DNA from: Planctomycetes bacterium GWF2_41_51
GTDB taxonomy: Bacteria; Planctomycetota; Phycisphaerae; Sedimentisphaerales; UBA12454
Direction: 5' to 3'
NCBI GenBank assembly: GCA_001825665.1
Contig: MHXZ01000052.1
Span: 5,574 to 69,573, forward strand
Length of the DNA: 64,000 bases
The translations under genes were made by a program, and so were the position numbers. Positions 18,967 to 27,248 of the stretch are shown here, piece by piece. The notes under the pieces were generated by a model that ran no database searches, was not told the origin of the DNA, and saw nothing but the letters and a program-made list of their open reading frames with translations. The stretch's first letter is position 1. The number at the start of each line of letters is the position of its first letter.

Positions 18967-20475
18967 TTAAATTAGAATTTTATCCATCATTCTTGGAAAC
19001 GCGATGCACTGGCGGATATGTTTTTCACCCGTCAGCCATGCAAGCGTTCTTTCAACACCAAGCCCGAATCCGCCGTGCGGCACAGCGCCGTATCTCCGCA
19101 AATCAAGATACCATTCATAATTTTCGAGCTTATACCCATGCGCTTTTATTTTCTCAAGCAGTATATCATAATTGTCCTCGCGCATCGACCCGCCGATAAT
19201 TTCCCCGAATCCCGCCGGCGCCAGCATATCGAAATTCTGCACGACTTTCGGATTGTCTCCATCCTGTTTCATATAAAACGCCTTCGCTTCCCTCGGATAA
19301 TGCGTTACAAAAATCGGCTTATCGTGCATAAGTGAAATTATCGTTTCATCGCTTCCGCCCAAATCTTCGCCCCACTTGAATTCCGATGCGAGTTTGGCGT
19401 GCTTTGGATTATTTTCAATCTTCGTATCCATTTCCGCAAGATCGCTTCGCAGGTCAATTAACTCCGCCGCGATTTTATCCTGCCGCCATTGTTTAATTTG
19501 CCCTTTCGCTTCTGTTTCAAGAGCCGTAATCTTCTCCTCAATTTCCTGTTTCGTTTTTACAAAATCTTTCAATTGCGCGGCCATAAAATCCTGAGTCTTT
19601 TGACTGGTCAAAATTTCCGCAGCCTGCGTATAAGTCAGCCGATAAAATGGCGGAACTATCTTTTTCAGCGATTCGATATCCGCGCCAAGTGTTTTCAACT
19701 CAGCTTCGTTATTATCAAGAACTGTTTTAACGATAAACGAAACGAAATTTTCCGCTATTTCCAAAAGCCCCGGCAGCTCTATAAATGCAACCTCCGGCTC
19801 AACCATCCAGAATTCCGTCAGGTGCCTTCGCGTTTTGCTTTTTTCAGCTCTGAACGTCGGCCCGAAACAATATACTCTGCCCAAACTCATCGCTGCGCAT
19901 TCAAGATGAAGCTGCCCCGTCTGCGTCAGAAACGCCGGCATCCCGAAATAATCAACATTAAATAAACTCCCGGCCTCTTCGCCGACAATTCCCGTCAAAA
20001 TCGGAGTATCGACAAGCGTAAATCCGTTATCATTGAAAAACTGCCGAATCGCCTGAACAACCGTATGACGAATCTTGCTGATACACCACGGCATTTGCGA
20101 GCGAAGATGCAAATGGCGATTCTTTAAAAGAAAATCAATTCCGTGCGACTTTGGCGTAATCGGATAATCGACCGATTCACTCAATACCTTCGCTCCGCTT
20201 ACAACAAGCTCATATCCGCCTACGCTGCGTTCATCTTTTCTGACCGCACCAGTTATCGTCAGCGATGATTCAGCGCCGAGCCTTTTCAATTGTTCAAAAA
20301 GTTCATCGCTGATTTTCCCTTTTTCAATAACGCACTGGCAAAGTCCGCTCCCGTCGCGAAGAACGATAAATATCAATTTCCCGCTCGGCCGCAAATGCCT
20401 GACCCACCCGGCAATCGTTACTTCTTTTTCGCCGTAATTTTTTAAATCACTGATTTTCACAATATCATTAAACAT
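18967..20475 (-). CDS. asnS: asparagine--tRNA ligase (with internal coiled-coil insertion)
   Basis: N-terminal OB fold and class IIb motifs (FGPTFRAEKS, GFGLGVERT). 502 aa. Confidence 0.9.
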   Translation of the reverse strand: MFNDIVKISDLKNYGEKEVTIAGWVRHLRPSGKLIFIVLRDGSGLCQCVIEKGKISDELFEQLKRLGAESSLTITGAVRKDERSVGGYELVVSGAKVLSESVDYPITPKSHGIDFLLKNRHLHLRSQMPWCISKIRHTVVQAIRQFFNDNGFTLVDTPILTGIVGEEAGSLFNVDYFGMPAFLTQTGQLHLECAAMSLGRVYCFGPTFRAEKSKTRRHLTEFWMVEPEVAFIELPGLLEIAENFVSFIVKTVLDNNEAELKTLGADIESLKKIVPPFYRLTYTQAAEILTSQKTQDFMAAQLKDFVKTKQEIEEKITALETEAKGQIKQWRQDKIAAELIDLRSDLAEMDTKIENNPKHAKLASEFKWGEDLGGSDETIISLMHDKPIFVTHYPREAKAFYMKQDGDNPKVVQNFDMLAPAGFGEIIGGSMREDNYDILLEKIKAHGYKLENYEWYLDLRRYGAVPHGGFGLGVERTLAWLTGEKHIRQCIAFPRMMDKILI

Positions 20476-20477
20476 TC

Positions 20478-20930
20478 TTATACCTTGATTTTAAAAACAA
20501 CCTTTATAACATCCTCAGCTTTATCAATCTGGCAGCCCGGCATATGTGCATCGCTCGGCCAGAATATTGCAAAATCGCCCTTCTGCATTTTCAGAAAAGT
20601 CGTATTTTCCGGCGGATTGAAAAACATCACATCTTTCGTTTCATCGAATGGAACTTGTATTTTCAAGTCTTTTGTTCCCGCATATCCTATCTGCTCATTG
20701 CCTTTTACTATTAGTTGCAAATCAATATATTTTTTATGCGCTTCTATTTTTTCATATACAGGTCTGGTTTTATACCGCTGAACCATATAAAACAATTTGT
20801 CAGAATCGACTTCGTACCTTCCGTCCTTCATCTTCTCGAAATCCGTTTCAGCCGCTATTTTCAAAGCCTTCGCGATTAGTGGTGAAACATTGCTGTAAAG
20901 CCCGTTGTTGCCGATTGTATCAAATATCAT
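20478..20930 (-). CDS. YhcH/YjgK/YiaL family protein (DUF386)
   Basis: 150 aa. Ends with FAIFWPSDAHMPGC, which is typical of this family. Its start codon overlaps the upstream stop (TAATG). Confidence 0.7.
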   Translation of the reverse strand: MIFDTIGNNGLYSNVSPLIAKALKIAAETDFEKMKDGRYEVDSDKLFYMVQRYKTRPVYEKIEAHKKYIDLQLIVKGNEQIGYAGTKDLKIQVPFDETKDVMFFNPPENTTFLKMQKGDFAIFWPSDAHMPGCQIDKAEDVIKVVFKIKV

Positions 20931-21130
20931 TATGGTTGCCCTTCCGGTTTACTTGGTATTATCATTGCTGCAACTAAATACGTAATCACAAGCGGCAGTA
21001 CACCTGTAATCAAACAAACAAAAACTGTTATCAGTCTGACTATCGTCGAATCCACTTCGAGCATTTCCGCTATTCCTCCGCACACACCCAATAATTTCCT
21101 ATCCGTTTTCGATAAATATAATTTTTTCAT
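20930..21130 (-). CDS. PspC domain protein
   Basis: 66 aa. KLLGVCGGIAEMLEVDSTIVRL followed by one TM helix. Confidence 0.75.
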   Translation of the reverse strand: MKKLYLSKTDRKLLGVCGGIAEMLEVDSTIVRLITVFVCLITGVLPLVITYLVAAMIIPSKPEGQP

Positions 21131-21160
21131 AATATTCTCCTTCTAAGAAAATCACAAAAT

Positions 21161-22627
21161 TTAAATATCCAACTTTTCTCTCAAATACTGTTTAACCTGT
21201 GAGAGGTTAATTCTTTCCTGTTTCATACTATCGCGCTCGCGCACGGTAACAGTCTGGTCTTCTTTCGTCTGACCGTCAACCGTAATGCAGTATGGTGTGC
21301 CCGCTTCATCCTGTCTGCGATAGCGTCTGCCGACCGCGCCTTTTTCGTCATAGAAGCACGAAAAATATTTTTTCATATCGTCATAAATATTTCTGGCAAT
21401 TTCTGGCATTCCATCTTTTTTAACGAGCGGAAAAACGGCCGCCTTTACCGGCGCAAGTGACGGATGAAAACGCAGCAAACCTCTCTTTTCGCCGTTAACT
21501 TCATCTTCATCGTAAGCGTCAACCAGAAACGCAAGACAACTCCTGTCAATTCCCGCGCTTGGTTCGATTACATACGGAATAAACCGCTGCTTATTTTCTT
21601 CATCGAAATAGCTCAATGGCCCCTTCTGATAATCTTCTGATTCACTATTAAGTTCTATTTTCGACAAGTCGCCTTTTTTCTCATACCATGAATTCAAGGT
21701 TCGCATACCTCTCTGGTGCTGTCGAAGATCAAAATCGGTCCTGTTTGCTATACCTTCCAGTTCCTGCCAATCGCCCGACCCGAACGGAAATTTATATTCC
21801 ACATCGACGCAACCTTTTGCGTAATGTGCAAGTTCATCTTTTTCATGTTCACGCATTCGCAGATTTTCTTTTTTCATTCCAAGATCTGTGTACCATTTGA
21901 AACGAAATTCTTTCCAATGCTCGAACCATTTTTCATCCGTTCCCGGTGCACAGAAAAATTCTATTTCCGCCTGCTCGAATTCTCTCGTCCTGAAAATAAA
22001 CGCTTTTGTCGTTACTTCATTTCTGAAACTTTTCCCGATTTGCGCGATGCCGAACGGAATCTTCACTCTCGTAGTATCCAGCACATTTCTGAAATTTACA
22101 AAAATTCCCTGCGCTGTCTCAGGCCGAAGAAAGATCGTCATTGAATCTTCAATATTCGCACCCATCTGAGTCTCGAACATCAATCTAAATGGCATAGGCT
22201 CTGAAAACTTTCCAACCGATCCGCACGATGGACACACTTTTCTTGAAAGGTCTTTTGCGTCTTTTTGAGCTGTCTCGACCGGAACGTGCTCGGTGTGTTC
22301 TTCGGCATGGTCAGTAAGATGGTCAACTCTGCTGCGAACGTTGCATTTTTTGCAGACCGTTACGATATCCGCGAATTTATCCGAGTGTCCCGATGCCTTC
22401 CAAACCAGCGGATGCATAAAGATGCTGCAATCAAGACCGACAACATCGTCCCGCATCTGAACCGTGCTTTTCCACCATGCGTTTCGCACATTGCGTTTGA
22501 GTTCCGAGCCGAGCGGGCCGTAATCATAGCAGCTCGCCAATCCACCGTAAATTTCACTCGATTGAAATATAAATCCGCGTCTTTTACAAAGAGAAACGAT
22601 ATCTTCGAGTTTAGTTAAATTCGCCAT
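21161..22627 (-). CDS. glyQS: glycine--tRNA ligase (alpha2 GlyQS type)
   Basis: Class II GlyRS sequence (RGFIFQSSEIYGG, FRNE, EPSAGIDR). The ATG at 22627 has a GAAAGG ribosome-binding site. The ORF track starts at the GTG at 22639. Confidence 0.92.
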   Translation of the reverse strand: MANLTKLEDIVSLCKRRGFIFQSSEIYGGLASCYDYGPLGSELKRNVRNAWWKSTVQMRDDVVGLDCSIFMHPLVWKASGHSDKFADIVTVCKKCNVRSRVDHLTDHAEEHTEHVPVETAQKDAKDLSRKVCPSCGSVGKFSEPMPFRLMFETQMGANIEDSMTIFLRPETAQGIFVNFRNVLDTTRVKIPFGIAQIGKSFRNEVTTKAFIFRTREFEQAEIEFFCAPGTDEKWFEHWKEFRFKWYTDLGMKKENLRMREHEKDELAHYAKGCVDVEYKFPFGSGDWQELEGIANRTDFDLRQHQRGMRTLNSWYEKKGDLSKIELNSESEDYQKGPLSYFDEENKQRFIPYVIEPSAGIDRSCLAFLVDAYDEDEVNGEKRGLLRFHPSLAPVKAAVFPLVKKDGMPEIARNIYDDMKKYFSCFYDEKGAVGRRYRRQDEAGTPYCITVDGQTKEDQTVTVRERDSMKQERINLSQVKQYLREKLDI

Positions 22628-22760
22628 ATTGCCTTTCACGTAATAAAAACGACTATTATATTAGTTATTCACACCAATTACAAGACCGTTAAACAAACGT
22701 TTTTTTGCTTGTTTTCCGCGTGCCGAAGTGTAAAATAACACGAAAGTTAATATCGAATTC

Positions 22761-22857
22761 GTGACAGGGGAGCCTTGCACTAAAGGTGCGGGCTGAGAGG
22801 CCGGTTTTCGGCGACCCTTCGAACCTTTAGCAGTGGTAATGCCTGCAAGGGAGGCAC
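22761..22857 (+). promoter_or_regulatory. TPP (THI-box) riboswitch
   Basis: GGGGAGC...GGCUGAGAG...ACCCUUCGAACCU...GGUAAUGCCUGCAAGGGAGG matches the conserved THI-element core. It lies upstream of thiFSGH. Confidence 0.85.
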
Positions 22858-22873
22858 AAGACATAGAATCTTG

Positions 22874-22908
22874 ACGCAGTCCTTTTTGCAGGCTGCGTTT
22901 TGTATTTT
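22874..22908 (+). terminator. riboswitch expression-platform terminator hairpin
   Basis: ACGCAG(t)CC / GGCTGCGT stem followed by TTTTGTATTTT, ending at the thiF ATG. Confidence 0.55.
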
Positions 22909-23538
22909 ATGGCTAAATTAAGCTCTGAACAATTTGAAGCAATGCTCATCGAACGCCACGGCCTCTCCGCGCATAACAAATTAAAATCTGCGACTATCGG
23001 CATCGGCGGCCTTGGAGGCCTCGGTTCAAACGTCGCAATCTCACTCGCGCGTATCGGCATTGGGAAACTCGTCATCGCCGATTTCGACATAGTTGAGCCA
23101 AGCAATCTTAATCGCCAGCAGTATTTCATTGAGCAGCTCGGACAAAATAAAGTCAATGCTTTGACCGAAAATTTAACGAAGATTAATCCTTATATCAAAA
23201 TCGAAGGTTATCAGGTAAAATTAAAACCCGACAATATTCCTGAAATTTTCACAGGCTGCTGCATCATTGCCGAGTGTTTCGACAAACCCGACCAGAAACA
23301 AATGCTCGTCGAAACCGTACTGAACTCTATGAAAAATGTTAAAATTGTAGCCGTCAGTGGAATCGGCGGCTTTGGCAGAAGCAATGAAATCAAAACCCGC
23401 AAAATTTCAGATAGATTAACTCTCATCGGCGATGATAAAAGCGGCATTGAATCGGGATTCAGCCTTATGGCCCCTCGTGTCGCAATTGCCGCAGGCCATC
23501 AGGCAAACGTTATCGTTGAAATGATTTTGGAAAAATAA
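22909..23538 (+). CDS. thiF: ThiS adenylyltransferase ThiF (short family)
   Basis: GIGGLGGLGS Rossmann motif in an E1-like fold. Lies next to thiS. The ATG at 22909 is preferred over the ORF-track start at 22900. Confidence 0.85.
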   Translation: MAKLSSEQFEAMLIERHGLSAHNKLKSATIGIGGLGGLGSNVAISLARIGIGKLVIADFDIVEPSNLNRQQYFIEQLGQNKVNALTENLTKINPYIKIEGYQVKLKPDNIPEIFTGCCIIAECFDKPDQKQMLVETVLNSMKNVKIVAVSGIGGFGRSNEIKTRKISDRLTLIGDDKSGIESGFSLMAPRVAIAAGHQANVIVEMILEK

Positions 23539-23540
23539 TA

Positions 23541-23747
23541 ATGGCAATATTAAAAATAAACGGTGAAAATAAAATTTTTGAAAAAGTTCCTTCAACGATG
23601 AAGGCATTGCTCGAATTTCTTAATGTCGATGATGCTACAGTTGTTGCCGAAGTCAATGGCCAAATCATCCCCCGCGGCAGTTTTCATAATACTATTTTGC
23701 AGGATGGCCATAACGTCGAACTTATAAGATTCGTCGGCGGCGGTTGA
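23541..23747 (+). CDS. thiS: sulfur carrier protein ThiS
   Basis: 68 aa ending in VGGG, between thiF and thiG. Confidence 0.9.
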   Translation: MAILKINGENKIFEKVPSTMKALLEFLNVDDATVVAEVNGQIIPRGSFHNTILQDGHNVELIRFVGGG

Positions 23748-23834
23748 CATATATCAAACCATTAGCCCGCCGATTTAGCAGTTTACCCTCGCGAAGGCGG
23801 GGGGCGGGTTCTAAAATATTTTTGGAAATTATTT

Positions 23835-24605
23835 ATGAAAAAACTTATTATCGCAGGAAAAGAATTTACCAGTCGTCTTTTCATCGGCACTGGAAAATAT
23901 TCTTCAAACAAAATAATGGCACAATCCATCGAAGCCTCCGCAACCGAAATGGTTACTGTCGCTCTTCGTCGTGTCGATATCCAGAATCCGCAGGATAATA
24001 TGCTTGCCGCCATTGACCGGAAAAAATATCTGCTCCTGCCCAACACTTCCGGTGCAAGAAACGCCGATGAAGCCCTGCGATTAGCAAGGCTTGCCCGCGC
24101 TGCGACGGATATTAACTGGCTCAAGCTCGAAGTTACACCCGACCCGTATTATCTGCTGCCCGACCCAATTGAAACATTAAAGGCTGCCGAAATCCTCGTA
24201 AAGGAAGGTTTCGTTGTCCTGCCTTATATCAACGCCGACCCCGTCCTCGCCAAGAAATTGCAGGACATCGGCACCGCGACCGTAATGCCTCTTGCCGCTC
24301 CCATCGGCTCTAATCAGGGATTGAAAACAAAAGCCGCCATCGAAATAATTATCGCGCAGGCCACAATCCCCGTTGTCGTTGATGCTGGTTTGGGTATGCC
24401 ATCCCACGCCGCAGAAGCGATGGAAATGGGAGCCGATGCCGTCCTGATTAATACCGCGATTGCGACAGCCAATGACCCGATTAAAATGGCCGAGGCTTTC
24501 AAAAAAGCAGTCCAGGCCGGAAGAGAAGCATTCGAAGCAGGTTCCGCATCCGTAAAAAATCACGCCGACGCTTCAAGCCCCCTCACTGGTTTTCTACGGG
24601 ACTAA
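23835..24605 (+). CDS. thiG: thiazole synthase ThiG
   Basis: ThiG-like throughout ([30 protein letters not shown]). Confidence 0.95.
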   Translation: MKKLIIAGKEFTSRLFIGTGKYSSNKIMAQSIEASATEMVTVALRRVDIQNPQDNMLAAIDRKKYLLLPNTSGARNADEALRLARLARAATDINWLKLEVTPDPYYLLPDPIETLKAAEILVKEGFVVLPYINADPVLAKKLQDIGTATVMPLAAPIGSNQGLKTKAAIEIIIAQATIPVVVDAGLGMPSHAAEAMEMGADAVLINTAIATANDPIKMAEAFKKAVQAGREAFEAGSASVKNHADASSPLTGFLRD

Positions 24606-24609
24606 ACGG

Positions 24610-25659
24610 ATGAACATACAACAAGCCATATATAATGATGCCGGCTACAGTCCTGACAGACTCAATGCGTTGATTTCGCCCGAAGCCCAAAACCATCTCG
24701 AACCAATGGCGAAAAGAGCAAGGCAGATTACACGTCAGCGTTTCGGAAACACAATCCAGCTTTACGCCCCGCTCTACGTCTCGAACTTTTGCGTCAACAA
24801 TTGCCCCTACTGTGCATTTAACTGCAAAAGTAAATTACCACGAACAAGATTGACCATCGAAGATGCCTGCAAAGAAGCCGATATTTTAGCCGCCGAAGGT
24901 TTCCGCCATATTTTAATCGTCAGCGGCGAAGATAAAAATTTTATAACAGTTCCTTACTTGGCCGAGCTTTCTAAAAAACTGCGAGAAAATTTCAGCTCAA
25001 TCTCAATTGAAATTTATCCCGCTTCGACAGAAGACTACCAAAAACTTTTTGCCGCCGGAATCGACAGCATCGCGCTTTATCAGGAAACTTACGACCGCGC
25101 CGACTTCGCCAGATTTCACACATCAGGCCCAAAATCCGATTACGATTGGCGTCTCGATACTCTGTCGCGTGCGGGTCAGGCCGGTTTTAGAAGTCTCGGC
25201 CTTGGCTTTTTAATCGGCCTAAGCGACTGGCAAGCCCAGACCTTAGCGATGGCCGAACATGCGGACATACTTATGAAAAAATATTGGCAGGCAAGGGTTT
25301 CTTTTTCTTTTCCAAGAATGCGCCCGGCGGAAAACGTTGACGAAAAATTATTCAGGTATATGATTACCGATACCCAGCTTGTTCAGATGATGCTTGCTCT
25401 GAGATTATGTTTTCCCGATGCCGAGATTGTAATGTCAACTCGCGAATCTCAAACCTTCAGGGACAATATGGCCAAGATTTGCGTTACAAGAATGAGTGCA
25501 GGCAGCAAAACGAACCCCGGCGGATACGCCGAAAAAGAGCAATCGCTCCAGCAGTTCGAAGTCGCCGACGACAGAACCCCGGCACAGGTTGCTGCAATGT
25601 TGAACTCTATCGGCCTTGAACCCGTCTGGAAAGATTGGGACAAAGCATTTAATAAATAA
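24610..25659 (+). CDS. thiH: 2-iminoacetate synthase ThiH (radical SAM)
   Basis: CVNNCPYCAF CX3CX2C motif, in a thiG-adjacent context. Confidence 0.88.
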   Translation: MNIQQAIYNDAGYSPDRLNALISPEAQNHLEPMAKRARQITRQRFGNTIQLYAPLYVSNFCVNNCPYCAFNCKSKLPRTRLTIEDACKEADILAAEGFRHILIVSGEDKNFITVPYLAELSKKLRENFSSISIEIYPASTEDYQKLFAAGIDSIALYQETYDRADFARFHTSGPKSDYDWRLDTLSRAGQAGFRSLGLGFLIGLSDWQAQTLAMAEHADILMKKYWQARVSFSFPRMRPAENVDEKLFRYMITDTQLVQMMLALRLCFPDAEIVMSTRESQTFRDNMAKICVTRMSAGSKTNPGGYAEKEQSLQQFEVADDRTPAQVAAMLNSIGLEPVWKDWDKAFNK

Positions 25660-25667
25660 CTTAGGCA

Positions 25668-25753
25668 GCCTCTAATGTCATTGCGAGGATTCCCGTTGAG
25701 CGAAAGCGAATCGGGATGACGAAGCAATCTCAGGCTTTAGAATTTTTAGAGGC
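25668..25753. repeat. nested inverted-repeat element (GCCTCTAA...TTAGAGGC enclosing CATTGCGAGG..CCCG..CGGGATGACGAAGCAATC)
   Basis: Read directly from the sequence. The core resembles the widespread short palindromic elements whose reverse-strand translation reads ..DCF..LAMT. Confidence 0.45.
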
Positions 25754-25789
25754 TCACGTATATTTTTATCAGAGCCCTGAGCGTAAGCG

Positions 25790-26305
25790 ATGGGTAATAT
25801 CGTTATGAACTATATAATCCCGACTATCGAGCAATGTTATCAGCTTCTAAAGCTGCACAATACCCCTGAACACATCGTCAGGCATTGCGAAGTTACTGCC
25901 GAGTTAGCTGTGGATATTGCAAAAAAACTCTCCGCCTCCGGAACACAAGTTGACATAGATTTCGTCCACAGAGGCTGCCTTTTGCATGATATTCTGCGTC
26001 TCTGCGGCAAAGGTCACGAAGACGCCGCCTGTGAAATTTTCAAACACGAATATCCCGAACTCGCTCTGGCAATAAAAAAACACGCCTACAGAGCGATTCT
26101 TGACGAAGAAATGAAACCTCGCACCATCGAGGAAAAAATAATTTACTACGCCGATAAGCGCGTCATGCACGACAAAGTTGTCCCGCTTATGGAAAGGCTT
26201 GAAGAAGGCCACCGCAGAAACAGCCCCACCGGCTGCAAAAAAACCGCGGCGTATATCGACTCGCTTATTGTCGAACTCGAAAAAGAATTGAAAGCAGGAG
26301 AATAA
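25790..26305 (+). CDS. HD-domain phosphohydrolase
   Basis: H...HD motif (LLHDILR). 171 aa. An alternative start at 25805 is possible. Confidence 0.7.
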   Translation: MGNIVMNYIIPTIEQCYQLLKLHNTPEHIVRHCEVTAELAVDIAKKLSASGTQVDIDFVHRGCLLHDILRLCGKGHEDAACEIFKHEYPELALAIKKHAYRAILDEEMKPRTIEEKIIYYADKRVMHDKVVPLMERLEEGHRRNSPTGCKKTAAYIDSLIVELEKELKAGE

Positions 26306-26306
26306 A

Positions 26307-27185
26307 TTGCCCGAACAATGGACTATCAAAAAACTGCTCGACTGGATGACGAGCCGCTTCACCGAAAAAAAAATCGATTCGCCGCGCCTCACCGCCGAAC
26401 TGCTTTTATCCTTCATACTCAATATGCAGCGAATTGAATTGTATATGAACTTCGACAAAGAGGTTGAAAAGACAAATCTCGAAAAACTTCGTGAACTTGT
26501 CAAACGCTGCCTCAACAACGAACCCGTTCAGTATCTCATCGGCAGAACAGAATTTTATTCTCTCTCGCTCAAAGTTTCTAAGGATTGCCTGATACCAAGA
26601 CCCGAAACAGAACTGCTCGTCGAAAGAGCGATAGAATTCCTGCGAACCCGCACCGGCCCGCAGCACGTCTGCGATTTATGCACAGGCAGCGGCTGCATCG
26701 CCGTCTCAATCGCCAAAAATTTCCCCCAAGCAGCCATCATCGCAACCGACATCTGCGACAAGGCGCTTTCAATCGCCGCCGAAAACATAGCTAAATATAA
26801 TCTCGGCGAAAAAATCCATCTTTTGCACGGCGATCTGTTCAAACCCATAATCGACCAGCTCGACGGTAAAGAATTCGACTTGATTGTCTGCAATCCGCCA
26901 TATATTAGTTTGCCCGAATATGAAAATCTCGACCAAAAAGTAAAAAGCCATGAACCAAAGCTCGCTCTCGAAGCCGGCCCCGAAGGTCTGGATATTTACC
27001 GCAGAATTGCCGCCGAAGTCGGTTCCCACCTGAAAAAAGATGGCCTGTTACTCCTTGAAATCGGCTACCTGCAGGGCAAAGCGGTTAAACAGTTGCTCGA
27101 CGACACAAAAATCTTCGGCGAAATCAAAATCGAAAAAGACCTCTCCGCCAACGACCGAATCGTCTCAGCCCTTAAAATCGTTTGA
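26307..27185 (+). CDS. prmC: peptide chain release factor N5-glutamine methyltransferase
   Basis: DLCTGSGCIA SAM motif and NPPY (VCNPPYIS). TTG start. Confidence 0.88.
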   Translation: MPEQWTIKKLLDWMTSRFTEKKIDSPRLTAELLLSFILNMQRIELYMNFDKEVEKTNLEKLRELVKRCLNNEPVQYLIGRTEFYSLSLKVSKDCLIPRPETELLVERAIEFLRTRTGPQHVCDLCTGSGCIAVSIAKNFPQAAIIATDICDKALSIAAENIAKYNLGEKIHLLHGDLFKPIIDQLDGKEFDLIVCNPPYISLPEYENLDQKVKSHEPKLALEAGPEGLDIYRRIAAEVGSHLKKDGLLLLEIGYLQGKAVKQLLDDTKIFGEIKIEKDLSANDRIVSALKIV

Positions 27186-27248
27186 CAATCAATTATTGAC
27201 ACGTTACCCCAATCTCGTTAAATTAACATCTTTTATAGGTAATAAGAA

